DNA of 64,000 nt from Rhodopila sp. (GTDB taxonomy: Bacteria; Pseudomonadota; Alphaproteobacteria; Acetobacterales; Acetobacteraceae), in the NCBI RefSeq assembly GCF_965276935.1, contig NZ_CBDIBS010000004.1:481306-545305 (forward strand), written 5' to 3'. The position numbers and the translations under genes were made by a program. The notes beneath the pieces are model-generated. The model ran no database searches and was not told the origin of the DNA. It saw only the letters and a program-made list of their open reading frames with translations. Below, in pieces: positions 10,005-21,219 of this stretch. How positions within the stretch are numbered: the stretch's first letter is position 1; every line of letters begins with the position of its first letter.

Positions 10005-11594
10005 ATGCTGAGGGGTATGCTGACTGTCGGTGGCTGGACGCTTGTCAGCCGCATGCTGGGCTTTGGACGAGATATGTTGATTGCGGCATTGATCGGAACA
10101 GGGCCGATAGCGGATGCATTTTTTGTTGCGCTAAAGTTGCCAAATCTGTTTCGTCGTTTATTTGGTGAAGGTGCGTTCAACGCAGCATTCATTCCGGCCT
10201 TTTCAGGTTTACTACAAACCGAAGGTTTGGCGTCGGCCAAGCGATTCGCTGAGGAAGCGCTTGCGGTGATGACCTTCTGGTTAGGAATCATGACAATCGG
10301 TGGCGAAATTTTTATGCCGCAATTAATGCTTGTTTTGGCACCAGGCTTCGCAGCCGATCCGGCGAAGTTTGAGCTTGCCATAGATTTGTCGCGTATAACA
10401 TTTCCGTATTTGATTCTAATCTGTCTGGCGGCTCTGGTGTCTGGCGTTTTGAATGGCTTTGATCGCTTTACGGCTGCCTCAGCCTCATATGTCCTGTTCA
10501 ATATCATTTCCATTGGGTGCATGATCTGGCTTACACCCTATGTTCCGACCATCGGTCACGCGTTGTCCTGGGGAGTCACGCTTTCGGGTGTGGCGCAACT
10601 CGGGCTTCTCATGTTGGCGGTGCGCCGAAGTGGAATGGCACTAGCCATTCCTTGGCCACGGCTTACGCCGCAAATGCGGCTGTTGATGCGCCGTATGGCC
10701 CCAGGCATTTTGGGAGCTGGCGTTACACAGCTCAACCTGGCTGTTGATGTCATCATCTCCAGTTTACTTCCTGCTGGGACAGTATCGGTACTTTATTTCG
10801 CTGATCGAGTTCAACAGCTTCCGCTTGGTGTCATCGGAACCGCTGTCGGAACCGCACTCCTTCCCCTGCTGTCGCGCCAAGTACGTGCAGGCGAGGCTTT
10901 AGCCGCGATCAGCACGTTAAACCGTGCCATGGAATACGCGCTTTTTCTGACACTGCCGGCTGCCCTGGCTCTTATGATCTGCTGCTATCCCATTGTCTTG
11001 GTCTTGTTTGGTCGTGGCGAATTTACCCCAGAAAGCGTGCTATTTTCATCGCAGTGCCTTGCGGCCTATGCATTTGGATTGCCGGCTTTCGTGCTTATAA
11101 AAGTACTTGCACCTGCCTTTTTCGCACGAGGCGATACGAGCGGCCCGGTCAAAATAGGGTCTGCCTGCGTGGTGCTAAACCTTTGTCTCAATGTTGCGTT
11201 CATGGTTCCGCTTGCACATGTGGGCCCAGCACTGGCGACAAGTATTGCCGCCATCTGCAACGTCACTGGGCTGGCGGCTGTTCTGATGCGGCGTGGCCAT
11301 CTCCGCCCCGACCAACAACTCCAGCGAAGGGTCGGCGGGATGATCGCGGCCTCAGTGACTATGGGATTAGTTCTTTTGGTAATGCGTCACATGCTCTTTG
11401 GTATGGAATCGCACGGCATATTCAGGATGATATCGCTTGTCGGCCTCATTATCGGGGGAATGGTTACATACGCCGCGGCTGCGCAAGCCTTTGGCGCATA
11501 TAGGCTTCGGGATGTCACCAGCATGATGTTCCGGCGTCGCTTGCGCAGAACCGATGGATCGGCCATTACTTCCGTTCCAACAATTGAGACCTAG
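10005..11594 (+). CDS. murJ: Lipid II flippase MurJ
   Basis: SRMLGFGRD, LPNLFRRLFGEGAFNAAFIP, LYFADRVQQLPLGVIG and many TM helices. Confidence 0.96.
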   Translation: MLRGMLTVGGWTLVSRMLGFGRDMLIAALIGTGPIADAFFVALKLPNLFRRLFGEGAFNAAFIPAFSGLLQTEGLASAKRFAEEALAVMTFWLGIMTIGGEIFMPQLMLVLAPGFAADPAKFELAIDLSRITFPYLILICLAALVSGVLNGFDRFTAASASYVLFNIISIGCMIWLTPYVPTIGHALSWGVTLSGVAQLGLLMLAVRRSGMALAIPWPRLTPQMRLLMRRMAPGILGAGVTQLNLAVDVIISSLLPAGTVSVLYFADRVQQLPLGVIGTAVGTALLPLLSRQVRAGEALAAISTLNRAMEYALFLTLPAALALMICCYPIVLVLFGRGEFTPESVLFSSQCLAAYAFGLPAFVLIKVLAPAFFARGDTSGPVKIGSACVVLNLCLNVAFMVPLAHVGPALATSIAAICNVTGLAAVLMRRGHLRPDQQLQRRVGGMIAASVTMGLVLLVMRHMLFGMESHGIFRMISLVGLIIGGMVTYAAAAQAFGAYRLRDVTSMMFRRRLRRTDGSAITSVPTIET

Positions 11595-11597
11595 TGC

Positions 11598-12590
11598 ATG
11601 CAGCGCGTCTTTTCCGGCATCGCACCCTCTGGAATTCCGACCCTTGGCAACTACCTCGGAGCAATTCGCAACTGGGTCAGGCTGCAGGCGGATCATGAGT
11701 GCCTGTGGTGTGTTGTCGATCTTCACGCCATCACGGTGTGGCAGGATCCAGTGGCGCTGCGGCAGCAGACGCTTGAAATGACGGCTGCCCTGCTGGCGTG
11801 CGGCGTGAATCCATCTGAGCATATTCTTTTTCCGCAATCTGCCGTTCGGGCCCACGTTCAGCTTGGTTGGATCTTTAACTGTATAGCTCGTGTTGGCTGG
11901 CTTAACCGAATGACACAGTTCAAGGATAAGGCCGGAAAGGACAGGGAGAATGCATCCTCCGGCCTGTATGTTTATCCAAATCTAATGGCTGCCGATATCC
12001 ACGCCTACCACGCTACCCGTGTTCCAGTGGGCGACGATCAAAGACAGCACCTTGAGCTGGCAAACGATATAGCCAAGAAATTCAACCATGACTATGGAAT
12101 GAATTTTTTCCCGAATATTGAGCCTCTCGTGCTTGGACCAGCCGCACGCGTGATGAGCCTGCGAGATGGAACACGAAAAATGTCCAAATCTGATACTTCT
12201 GATCAAAGTCGCATTAATCTGACTGATGATCCCGACATGATCGCCTTAAAGATTAGGCGGGCGAAGACGGATTCACTTCCGATACCAAGTAACCTGGCCG
12301 ACTTAGAAGAGCGACCTGAGGCGCGAAATCTAATTGGCATATTTGCCGCTTTGCTAGACGCCGATCATGCTACCGTTCTGACCAATTATGGAGGTATGGG
12401 CTTTGGGCCATTTAAGGCTGCACTTATCGAACTGCTTGTCGAAAAACTATCTCCAATCGCCTCCGAGACGCGTCGGCATCTAAATGATAAAGGGTTGATC
12501 ATCCGCGTTCTTAAGACTGGTGCTGAACGGGCAGCCGCAATTGCTGACCCCATTGTCGCCGAAGTTGAGCGGATTGTAGGTTTCATGTAA
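11598..12590 (+). CDS. trpS: Tryptophan--tRNA ligase
   Basis: HIGH-like [29 protein letters not shown] and KMSKS. Confidence 0.97.
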   Translation: MQRVFSGIAPSGIPTLGNYLGAIRNWVRLQADHECLWCVVDLHAITVWQDPVALRQQTLEMTAALLACGVNPSEHILFPQSAVRAHVQLGWIFNCIARVGWLNRMTQFKDKAGKDRENASSGLYVYPNLMAADIHAYHATRVPVGDDQRQHLELANDIAKKFNHDYGMNFFPNIEPLVLGPAARVMSLRDGTRKMSKSDTSDQSRINLTDDPDMIALKIRRAKTDSLPIPSNLADLEERPEARNLIGIFAALLDADHATVLTNYGGMGFGPFKAALIELLVEKLSPIASETRRHLNDKGLIIRVLKTGAERAAAIADPIVAEVERIVGFM

Positions 12591-12633
12591 AGACCTCGCT
12601 AAAAAGTGCGAGCATCAGCCATGCTGACGGGTA

Positions 12634-13896
12634 CTACAATCCGGGCGTACCAGAAGATTGAGGAGCAGGCTCAATCATGGTCGAACCAGCACTTTCCACG
12701 CGAAAGACAGCCAGCCCACGCCTGACTTGGCCATCAGGCAAGAAGGCAAGCCAGCCGTCGGCGCCCACAAACCCGGCCGGTTGCGTTAGCGCGACAAGGT
12801 CAACGCCCTGTGGCGCGACAATTACTCGAGCAATTGAAGCTGCATCGAAGGCAAGGTCAGCAAGAGGTGGCGGCGGAACACCATATTTTACCGCATAATC
12901 CTGTTCAAAATTCGCCCGCGCATTGCTATCCGGTGCTGCGTACCATGCGCCTAAAATTGAACTCGACCCGCTCGCGGCAGATGACCATAGCGCGGGTCCT
13001 ACAACCTGAACGGCGGAGCGATCGACATCATAGTATGGTAGAACTGCCGCTATCTCCCGGAGATCGTCACCCGTATCGGCCAGAAGAAGGACGTTGAATT
13101 TCGGTGGAGGGATGGGCGTCTTGAGAAGTTCCTGCGCTTCGCGCCTTCCTTCGGCAGTCCCCATAGCACGGGCGGCCTTAACCTTCGCATCAATTGGACC
13201 CCGGCGATTAGCGTAATCGGATAGATCTCGCGCCGCTGAGGTGATGGATCCCATGCCAGGTGCATGCATGTGCACAGTGGGTGGCGATAGGCCGTTAGCA
13301 CCCGTGGCTTTTTTCAACGCGTTAGCCATGGCTCGGCCAAAATCCGTGTCTGGCAGCAGAGCGGCAAATTGGGTCTTTCCTTGCCCCAGGGCAGCGGCAA
13401 CCAATCGTCGAATTTGCTGGTCAGGCGTCACCCCAATCGTCCAGATTCCGGATTGCGATTGAGAAGTATCGTTTGTGAACGCGAGAACGTTAACTCCGGC
13501 TGATCGCGCTATGGGGGCAACGGCTGCCGTTTCCACCGATGTAAGGGGACCCAATATGACCTTGTCACCGTTCCTCAACGCTGCTTGAGCCGCCAAGACC
13601 GCCCCGCCAGCAGTCCCAGCAGTGTCAATAATATCCAGATTGGAGTTACTACCCGCTGGAAGGGCAAGTTGTGCTGCCTGCTCCAGAACCACACCCAAAT
13701 CCGCGCGCGCACCTGTCAATGGAAGCAGAATCGCGACTTTCCGCGCTGACACTTGTGGACCGGCGCCCGCCAAATCTAGCTGCTGCGGGTTACCAGTGCC
13801 AAATTGAGAGCCAGATCCGTATCGTCCAGAATACTGATCCGCACAGCCTGTGACGGTGAGGGTGCAGACAAGGAGTAGGAATGCCCGTTGCAGCAT
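12634..13896 (-). CDS. Penicillin-binding protein activator (LpoA-like) lipoprotein
   Basis: Lipobox-like LTVTGC, VAILLPLTG, ILGPL and a periplasmic binding protein type I pattern. Divergent from rsmI, the usual arrangement. Confidence 0.8.
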   Translation of the reverse strand: MLQRAFLLLVCTLTVTGCADQYSGRYGSGSQFGTGNPQQLDLAGAGPQVSARKVAILLPLTGARADLGVVLEQAAQLALPAGSNSNLDIIDTAGTAGGAVLAAQAALRNGDKVILGPLTSVETAAVAPIARSAGVNVLAFTNDTSQSQSGIWTIGVTPDQQIRRLVAAALGQGKTQFAALLPDTDFGRAMANALKKATGANGLSPPTVHMHAPGMGSITSAARDLSDYANRRGPIDAKVKAARAMGTAEGRREAQELLKTPIPPPKFNVLLLADTGDDLREIAAVLPYYDVDRSAVQVVGPALWSSAASGSSSILGAWYAAPDSNARANFEQDYAVKYGVPPPPLADLAFDAASIARVIVAPQGVDLVALTQPAGFVGADGWLAFLPDGQVRRGLAVFRVESAGSTMIEPAPQSSGTPGL

Positions 13897-14792
13897 CGGC
13901 CGCGTCTCCAGCAGACCTTCGAGACGGCCAGTCCGACTCGTTATCTGGCCTTGTGCTTGTTTCCACCCCGATCGGCAACCTTGGAGATGTCACAGAGCGA
14001 GCACGAACCACTCTTCAATTGTGCGACCTCGTTCTCTGTGAGGACACGCGCCGGACCGGCATGCTGCTGTCGGCGCTTGGCATCCGCGCGCGGACAGAGG
14101 CTCTGCATGATCACAACGAGGACGTCCGAATTCCTGAAATTTTAGATAGGCTGCGGCGTGGGCAAACGGTTGGTCTGGTATCCGACGCTGGCACGCCGCT
14201 TGTATCTGATCCCGGGTACAGGTTGGTTCGCGCCGTAATAGAAAGCCGAATTGCGGTGACAGCTGTCCCTGGACCGAACGCGGCGGTGACAGCACTGACG
14301 CTGTCTGGACTGCCGCCCCTACCCTTCATGTTCCTTGGTTTTCCACCCCCCAAAAAAGCCGCGCGCCGAGCGATGTTTAGCGGGCTACGCGCCGCAGAGC
14401 GTGCCGGACTAGACGCAACACTCATTTGGCATGAGGCGCCGCACCGGCTGCTTGAGACGTTGACCGACTTACGCGACATCTTTGGGAACCGATCCAGTGC
14501 CGTGGCTCGAGAACTGACAAAGCGCTTCGAAACGGTTGAGCGGGGTCGATTAGACAAACTTTCTGCTTGCTTCGAGCGCCAGGCTCCCAAGGGTGAGCTG
14601 ACCGTGGTTCTTGGGCCTCCCGAGGATAAAGATCCTGAGAATCTCGACGAACGGCTACGCGATGCTCTGGCCTCTCAAACGGTTAAGGATGCTGCTGCTA
14701 TGGTGAGTACCGCCACTGGACTACCCAAGCGGCTCGTTTACAGCCGGGCGTTGGAGTTGATGAATGAGGTATCCAAAACTTCAGAGTGGTAA
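13881..14792 (+). CDS. rsmI: 16S rRNA (cytidine(1402)-2'-O)-methyltransferase
   Basis: LVSTPIGNLGD, CEDTR, VSDAGTPLVSDPG, VPGPNA, ARELTKRFE and KGE. Confidence 0.95.
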   Translation: MPVAASAASPADLRDGQSDSLSGLVLVSTPIGNLGDVTERARTTLQLCDLVLCEDTRRTGMLLSALGIRARTEALHDHNEDVRIPEILDRLRRGQTVGLVSDAGTPLVSDPGYRLVRAVIESRIAVTAVPGPNAAVTALTLSGLPPLPFMFLGFPPPKKAARRAMFSGLRAAERAGLDATLIWHEAPHRLLETLTDLRDIFGNRSSAVARELTKRFETVERGRLDKLSACFERQAPKGELTVVLGPPEDKDPENLDERLRDALASQTVKDAAAMVSTATGLPKRLVYSRALELMNEVSKTSEW

Positions 14793-14829
14793 TTCACTTC
14801 TTAATCGTGGCAGTTCTATCGGATCAGCC

Positions 14830-15876
14830 TTACGGCAATGCATCAAGTTGGTCACACGCCCACTGTGCAGCATCGGCTACGACCAAATTGGGATCAGATC
14901 GGAGTGAAGCCGCCTGCACTCGGAGTGTTCGATCCCGTGAGTTACCGATTGCTATGAGAACGTTTCGAATGAATCGATCTCGTCCGATTCGTTTGATGGG
15001 CGAGCCAGTAAAGGTTGTTCGGAACGTTTCTTCAGTCAACGCCGACAGGCGAGCCAGATGTGGCGCGGTAAGGTCCGCACGCGCTATGATCTGTTCGTGG
15101 GAAGTGGCCGAGGCGAATCGGTTCCATGGACAGACAGCCAAGCAGTCGTCACAGCCGTAAATACGATTGCCTATCAGAGGTCGGAGTTCGTGGGGTATTG
15201 AGCCATGATGTTCGATTGTCAGATACGAGATGCACCGTGTCGCTTCAAGTTGGTATGGTGCTGGAAAGGCGTGGGTGGGACAGATGTCAAGGCAGCGTGA
15301 GCAAGAGCCGCAATGGTTTGAGGCGGCTTGATCTGGCTCAATTTCCAGATTCGTATAAACTTCGCCAAGAAAAAGCCATGAGCCATATGATCGTGATACA
15401 AGGTTAGTATGCTTCCCTTGCCAGCCGAGACCGGCGCTCTGCGCTAAAGGCTTTTCCATAACAGGCGCCGTATCGACAAAGACCTTAAACTCACATGAAA
15501 ACCGTGAAGCAATAAACTGCCCGAGATGCTTCAACTTTCCTTTGATAAGAGCATGATAATCTCGATGTCTTGCATAAACCGAGATTGCACCCTGGCTGGG
15601 TTTGGACAAGACTTCAAGCGGATCAGTCGCAGGCGCATAGGAAAATCCAACAACGATCACACTACGAGCGGCAGGCCAAAGGATTTGTGGGTCGCTTCTT
15701 TCGTCGATCCTGGATGCAAGCCAACCCATGTCCCCATGGTAGCCGGCTTGTACGAACGCTACGAGTCGGTCTCGTGCTTCCGACCCAAGGCGTGCAGGCG
15801 CAAAGCCGACGGCGTCGAATCCGATTGCGAATGCATGAGTGCGTATCATCGCCCGTGGATCAGCTTGTCCTGTCAC
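14830..15876 (-). CDS. queG: Epoxyqueuosine reductase
   Basis: [40 protein letters not shown] and CISYLT..IYGCDDC ferredoxin motifs. Confidence 0.95.
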   Translation of the reverse strand: MTGQADPRAMIRTHAFAIGFDAVGFAPARLGSEARDRLVAFVQAGYHGDMGWLASRIDERSDPQILWPAARSVIVVGFSYAPATDPLEVLSKPSQGAISVYARHRDYHALIKGKLKHLGQFIASRFSCEFKVFVDTAPVMEKPLAQSAGLGWQGKHTNLVSRSYGSWLFLGEVYTNLEIEPDQAASNHCGSCSRCLDICPTHAFPAPYQLEATRCISYLTIEHHGSIPHELRPLIGNRIYGCDDCLAVCPWNRFASATSHEQIIARADLTAPHLARLSALTEETFRTTFTGSPIKRIGRDRFIRNVLIAIGNSRDRTLRVQAASLRSDPNLVVADAAQWACDQLDALP

Positions 15877-15949
15877 GGGTGCTTCTTTTCAAGCCAAGCT
15901 GGCTGTCTAATGTCTTTTGGTCGGTATCGCCAGGGTGCAGCATTGAAGG

Positions 15950-16414
15950 TTAGCCTCTGCCACGGTAATTAGGAACATCCTGCGGCGGCACCCATACCTC
16001 TGACGGTGGTAAACCCGTTTGCCAAAAAATATCGATGGGTATTCCCCCTCTTGGATACCAGTATGCCCCTAGCCTTAGCCAGACAGGATTCAGAACTCCT
16101 ACCAGCCTGCCAGAGATTTCCATTGCGCAGGCTTCATGAAAGGCACCATGATTTCGATACGAGTTTAAAAACAGCTTGAGAGATTTACTTTCAACAATCC
16201 AGTTGTCTGGTATGTAATCAACGACAAGATGTGCGAAATCAGGTTGGCCAGTAATCGGGCAGAGGGAGGTAAACTCAGGACAAGTGAAGCGGACAATGTA
16301 ACGCAATCCGCTTGCGGGGTTCACAATGCGCTCAAGTTCAGATTGATCTGGAGTAGTTGGTTGTGGCGTGGACTTCCCAAGTTGCTTTAAACGGGGGGCA
16401 TCTTGTTCTTTCAT
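15950..16414 (-). CDS. queF: NADPH-dependent 7-cyano-7-deazaguanine reductase (type I)
   Basis: [24 protein letters not shown] and PRGGIPID. True start ATG 16414 lies 5 bp after the tgt stop. Confidence 0.95.
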   Translation of the reverse strand: MKEQDAPRLKQLGKSTPQPTTPDQSELERIVNPASGLRYIVRFTCPEFTSLCPITGQPDFAHLVVDYIPDNWIVESKSLKLFLNSYRNHGAFHEACAMEISGRLVGVLNPVWLRLGAYWYPRGGIPIDIFWQTGLPPSEVWVPPQDVPNYRGRG

Positions 16415-16419
16415 ATGAA

Positions 16420-17556
16420 TTACTCCGACATTCTCCACGCGGTTCGGACACGCGCCGTATATGCTGTTAAGGTTCCTTCCTGGATCGACAGACGGAGGCC
16501 TTGCATAAGAGATTGGTAGTAGGTCAGATTGTGCCAAGTCAGCAGCATTGGCCCCAACATTTCTTGTGCCCGAAAAAGGTGATGTAGATAGGCTCGGCCG
16601 TGGCGAACACAAGCCGGGCACTGGCAATCTGGATCTAGTGGCTGAGGATCGGCAGCATAACGCGCGTTGCGCATGTTCCTAATTCCGGAGGATGTATAAG
16701 CTCTTGCCGTCCGCCCCGCTCTCGTTGGAATAACACAATCAAACATATCAATGCCGCGCTCGACGGCACCGACAATATCATCGGGTGTACCGACGCCCAT
16801 AAGATAGCGAGGTGCATCCACCGGGAGATTGGGCAATGTCACGTCGAGCACTGAGAGCATCGTCTTCTGTCCCTCGCCTACTGCCAGTCCCCCTATAGCG
16901 TATCCATCGAATCCAATGTCCTTCAGCACGTCGGCGGAACGGCGTCGCAGGTCGGGATAGGTGCTCCCCTGGACAATACCAAACAAGCTGTAACCCAACC
17001 GTACACGAAAAGCCCCTTTCGATAGACGTGCCCAACGCATTGATAACTCCATCGATGCTCGGGCTGTCTCATAATTCGCTGGGAATGCCGTGCACTCATC
17101 AAGCACCATGCTTATTGTTGCATCAAACATGTCCTGAAGTTGGATTGAACCCGCCGGCGTCAGACAATGTCGACTGCCGTCGATGTGAGATTGGAAATCC
17201 ACACCATTTTGATGAAGCTTCCGCAATCCGGCAAGGGACATGACTTGAAACCCACCGGAGTCTGTAAGAATAGGAGCCGGCCAATCCATGAACCGGTGAA
17301 GGCCGCCTTGAGAAGCGATACGGTCGGCACCGGGCCGTAGCATTAGGTGGTATGTGTTGCCGAGGATACATGTGGTTCCGGTATCTCGCACCGCGTCAGC
17401 CGTCATGGCCTTGACGGTGCCGGCAGTGGCAACTGCCATGAAGGCGGGGGTCTGAAGGCGTCCATGGGCTGTATGAAAAACGCCGGCGCGGGCACAACCG
17501 TCGGTGGCGAGCAACTGCAGGCGGGGCCCAGGCCGCAGATCAAGCGCAGATATCAT
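16420..17556 (-). CDS. tgt: tRNA-guanine(34) transglycosylase
   Basis: [43 protein letters not shown] and the CxCxxC...H zinc site. Confidence 0.96.
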   Translation of the reverse strand: MISALDLRPGPRLQLLATDGCARAGVFHTAHGRLQTPAFMAVATAGTVKAMTADAVRDTGTTCILGNTYHLMLRPGADRIASQGGLHRFMDWPAPILTDSGGFQVMSLAGLRKLHQNGVDFQSHIDGSRHCLTPAGSIQLQDMFDATISMVLDECTAFPANYETARASMELSMRWARLSKGAFRVRLGYSLFGIVQGSTYPDLRRRSADVLKDIGFDGYAIGGLAVGEGQKTMLSVLDVTLPNLPVDAPRYLMGVGTPDDIVGAVERGIDMFDCVIPTRAGRTARAYTSSGIRNMRNARYAADPQPLDPDCQCPACVRHGRAYLHHLFRAQEMLGPMLLTWHNLTYYQSLMQGLRLSIQEGTLTAYTARVRTAWRMSE

Positions 17557-17761
17557 GCGACGTGCGTATGACCATTGGCACAGTTTTGACAAGGGGCGCT
17601 AACGGTCTGGAGCTACAATATCAACTTAAATCCCGCAGCAGCACCGGTTGCATAACCCAGAATGACACCAGCGTCTGCCCTTGATCCACGACCGTCGGCC
17701 GGAGCCACATCGGCATTTGTCTACTCCTAGTGAAGATTTTTAGGTAGCTAGGAAGATTGGC

Positions 17762-17790
17762 TTGACTAATGCCCCAAACCGGTGTATATT
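17762..17790 (+). promoter_or_regulatory. sigma70-like promoter upstream of the phage-like structural operon
   Basis: TTGACT (17762-17767), 17 bp spacer, TATATT (17785-17790), about 125 bp before the terminase ORF. Confidence 0.6.
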
Positions 17791-17915
17791 CCTACGTAGC
17801 ATAGCGGTTACAAATAGCCGGGCCGTTTGTCGCGGCGGCTGCGGTGAAGAAGGACCCACTTAAGCCGCTACTTTTGCAAACCTGATCACGTCGATCAGTA
17901 TTTCTCAGCATCAAA

Positions 17916-19325
17916 TTGATTGAGTGCGAAATTTTTGACCACATCCTGTATTCGCGCGGAAAAATTCGGGGAAGTCTCCGAACGTGGGCGGAAGAAGTAC
18001 TGTGTGAAGCTGGTCAACGCCCAGCAGCGCACCATCTTTTTCTACTTGCTGAACTGGAACAACTAGCGGGCGGTTCCTCCGACCGGCTAATGGTTTTGAT
18101 GCCACCTGGATCGGCAAAATCCACGTATACATCTGTTCTATTTCCGGCATGGTGGTTCACGCAGCATCCGCAATCTGCAATCATCACTGCTTCCCACTCA
18201 GCAGGCCTCGCGTCGCACTTCAGTCGCCGCGTGCGTGCTCTAATTCTCGCGAAGGAGGCCTACCTCGGATACAGTGTAGCAGCAGGCCAGCGCTCGGCTC
18301 AAACATGGGCCACGACGACAGGTGGCGAATACTTCTCAACTGGTGTTCGGGGCGCAATCGCGGGCCGAAGAGCTGACCTGATTATTGTGGACGACCCTAT
18401 CAAATCCCTGGCCGATGCAGAAAGTTCGCATCAGCGTGACTACATTTGGGACTGGTTCAAGACCGACCTCACCACCCGCTTACGTCCGGGTGGAAAAATA
18501 GTCTTAATCATGACGCGATGGCATCCTGAGGACTTGGGCGGACAACTGCTCGCTCGAACACAGGCTGAATGGCGGGTCATTAGGCTACCAGCGCTTGCTG
18601 AAGCCAATGATCCATTGGGTCGACCGACAGGTGCTGCACTATGGCCTGCGTGGGAGGATCGTGAGGCGCTGATGCGCAAACGTAATCTTCTTGGGGAACG
18701 AGCGTGGGCTGCGCTGTTTCAACAGGATCCGCGTCCAGCCGGCGGAAAGTTATTTCTAGTTGATCGCCTTGGCGTTATTGATCGTCACGATTGGAATCTT
18801 TCACAGGCAACCACAAGAGCATGGGACCTGGCCGCAACCGGAGCAACCAGCCAAAACGATCCTGACTGGACAGTCGGCATCAAGTTAGCGCTACAGCCCG
18901 ACGGTCGCTGTGTTATCGTTGATGTGGTTCGTATCCGCGGCACACCTCGGCAAGTCGAAGAGCTCGTCGTCAGTACGGCACACAGTGATGGAACAAAAGT
19001 AATAGTAGCTATACCGGAAGATCCTGGTCAAGCCGGAAAAAGTCAAATGGCGTACTTGACGAGGCAACTCGCCGGCTTCCATGTCACTGCGGCACGAGAG
19101 ACGGGCTCAAAGGCGACCCGAGCAATGCCTGTTGCGTCGCAGATCGAAGCAGGAAACATATCAATGTTGCGCGCCGATTGGAACCGGGTGTTTGTCGAAG
19201 AGCTTCGTGATTTTCCCTTTGGTCGAAAGGATGACCAAGTGGACGCTCTAGTTCGGGCCTTCACAACTTTGTCTACTCGACTTCGTTCCGCTAAAGCGAT
19301 TAATATTCCGATGTTTAACCGATAG
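17916..19325 (+). CDS. Phage terminase large subunit
   Basis: Walker A MPPGSAKS, Walker B LIIVDDP, coupling IMTRWH, and nuclease RAWDLAA ... KDDQVDAL. Start codon uncertain. Confidence 0.93.
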   Translation: MIECEIFDHILYSRGKIRGSLRTWAEEVLCEAGQRPAAHHLFLLAELEQLAGGSSDRLMVLMPPGSAKSTYTSVLFPAWWFTQHPQSAIITASHSAGLASHFSRRVRALILAKEAYLGYSVAAGQRSAQTWATTTGGEYFSTGVRGAIAGRRADLIIVDDPIKSLADAESSHQRDYIWDWFKTDLTTRLRPGGKIVLIMTRWHPEDLGGQLLARTQAEWRVIRLPALAEANDPLGRPTGAALWPAWEDREALMRKRNLLGERAWAALFQQDPRPAGGKLFLVDRLGVIDRHDWNLSQATTRAWDLAATGATSQNDPDWTVGIKLALQPDGRCVIVDVVRIRGTPRQVEELVVSTAHSDGTKVIVAIPEDPGQAGKSQMAYLTRQLAGFHVTAARETGSKATRAMPVASQIEAGNISMLRADWNRVFVEELRDFPFGRKDDQVDALVRAFTTLSTRLRSAKAINIPMFNR

Positions 19326-19354
19326 AAGTCAGGAATGCCAGCTTTTGGATATGT

Positions 19355-20773
19355 ATGTTTGACACTCTATGCGAGCTGATCCCAACAGACCGCGACTATC
19401 CGGACAGAGTGCGCCAGCTCAACATTTTGAATCGTGTACTTGCCGGCACGTTGTATGATATTCTACCGTACCATTTTCATGAGGAGAGGAGCGAGAGCGG
19501 CGAATACATTCCACTAAGGAAGCGCCGGCCAAGCGTACGATATCCGCTGTGTAGAATCGTTGTCGAGGACAGTGTCTCTCTACTCTTTAGCGAGGGTCAC
19601 TTTCCGACCATTGACAGCACGGAAAGCGGTGTTCGACAAGTATTCGCTGACATCGTAAAAGAAAGTCATATCAATACAATAATGATAGACGCTGCAGTGA
19701 AAGGCGCAGTCGGCTCAGTTGCTTTATTGATGCGCGTGCTAAAAGGCCGGATCTTTATTGACGTGCTTGCGACCACTTATCTTACGCCAAGCTGGAATTT
19801 ATACGCGCTGGATACTCTATCGCAGGTTGACGAGCAATATAAAACGTCGGGAGCCGATCTAGTTCGGAACGGCTATACGATAGAAGACCCGAGCCAAGAG
19901 TTCTGGTTTGCTAGAAGGTGGGATACCGAAAGAGAAATTTGGTTTGAACCGTCGCCGGTTGGTGAGCCGAATCCCTTTCTCGTTGATAATGCCAGGACAG
20001 TCGTCCACAAGCTCGGGATCGTCCCAATCGTGTGGATTAAAAACCTTCCGGGAATGTCAGCGACCGGTAATTCCTGCGATGGGGGCTCCACTTTCGCGGC
20101 CGCTATGCATACGCAGGTTGAAATCGATTACCAGCTAAGCCAGGTAGGCCGTGGCTTGAAGTATAGCAGCGATCCAACCCTGCTGTTGAAGGACCCTGCA
20201 TTACACGACACGGATATTATAAAGGGTGCCGGAAACGCGTTAATCGTGTCAGAGAAAGGTGATGCCCGCCTTCTCGAGATCGGCGGGACTGCTTGCAACG
20301 CCGTTATTGACTATGTGCGTAATCTACGCGAACTGGCGCTAGAGAGCATTCACGGTAGTCGAGCCAGCCCTGAGCGAATGGCAACGGCGCAGTCGGGACG
20401 GGCGTTGGAGTTGCTTAACCAGGGGCTGATCTGGTTGGCTGACAATCTGCGGGTTAGCTACGGAGAGGTTGCTCTCATACAGCTTGCGCGCCTCATTGCT
20501 CGGGCGTCCCAAACATACACTCTTGTCGTGCTTGGCAAAGAAGTCGAGGCAATTGATCCTGGTGTGAACCTAAGTCTCAAATGGCCGCGGTGGTACCCAT
20601 TATCAGCTGACGATCGTCAGAAGGACGCGCAGTCTCTGACATCGCTTGTCGCCGCCGGCTGTATCAGTCGGGAGACGGTGCTGAAAGCTATCGCGAGCTC
20701 CTACGACATTGAATTTATTGAAGACGAGACTCAGTCAGTCATCAACAACAATCTTGGAGATCCAGATGGTTGA
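19355..20773 (+). CDS. Phage portal protein (SPP1 gp6-like)
   Basis: 472 aa directly after the terminase. IVPIVWIKNL, EIDYQLSQVGRGLKYSSDP and SGRAL motifs typical of portals. Confidence 0.8.
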   Translation: MFDTLCELIPTDRDYPDRVRQLNILNRVLAGTLYDILPYHFHEERSESGEYIPLRKRRPSVRYPLCRIVVEDSVSLLFSEGHFPTIDSTESGVRQVFADIVKESHINTIMIDAAVKGAVGSVALLMRVLKGRIFIDVLATTYLTPSWNLYALDTLSQVDEQYKTSGADLVRNGYTIEDPSQEFWFARRWDTEREIWFEPSPVGEPNPFLVDNARTVVHKLGIVPIVWIKNLPGMSATGNSCDGGSTFAAAMHTQVEIDYQLSQVGRGLKYSSDPTLLLKDPALHDTDIIKGAGNALIVSEKGDARLLEIGGTACNAVIDYVRNLRELALESIHGSRASPERMATAQSGRALELLNQGLIWLADNLRVSYGEVALIQLARLIARASQTYTLVVLGKEVEAIDPGVNLSLKWPRWYPLSADDRQKDAQSLTSLVAAGCISRETVLKAIASSYDIEFIEDETQSVINNNLGDPDG

Positions 20774-21176
20774 TCTTTCGGCGGACGAGATGATCCCCTC
20801 CAACCAAAGCGCTTCATCCCCAACTGCGCCTGAGGATGTGACTGCGGAGATGGCGAAGTTGCGTGCCGATTTCCAATCACGCTTGATTGCAGCAAACCTT
20901 CGTACAGAGGCCGTTCGCGCGGGAATGATAGATCTGGATGGGTTGAAGTTAATTAACTTGTCGGATGCTCAACTTGGCCCTGATGATAAAGTTGTTGGGA
21001 GCCGGCAAATCATGGACGATTTGCGACGTCAAAAACCATGGCTGTTTGGTGCAACGTCTTCGTCAAGCGCCGCTTTGGCACCAGCATCGCAACCAGTGCG
21101 TCGGAAATCAGCGCTGGAAATGACGAACGAAGAATATGTGGCAGCGCGAGCAGCTTTGACTAAAAGACGTTACTAA
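20766..21176 (+). CDS. Capsid scaffolding protein
   Basis: Small helical protein between portal and capsid. DDLRRQKPWLFG followed by a Ser/Pro tail, typical of scaffolds. Confidence 0.65.
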   Translation: MVDLSADEMIPSNQSASSPTAPEDVTAEMAKLRADFQSRLIAANLRTEAVRAGMIDLDGLKLINLSDAQLGPDDKVVGSRQIMDDLRRQKPWLFGATSSSSAALAPASQPVRRKSALEMTNEEYVAARAALTKRRY

Positions 21177-21219
21177 CTCTGTTGCTGATTTATAGTCGAA
21201 TTACCTAATAGGATTATTT

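Noticed and set aside
14830-17556. queG-queF-tgt next to a phage-like cluster as a 7-deazaguanine DNA-modification (dpd) system
   Set aside because: Tgt has canonical tRNA-modifying motifs and QueG acts only on tRNA. No dpdA-like paralog or queC/D/E is present, and the genes face away from the cluster. This is ordinary queuosine synthesis.
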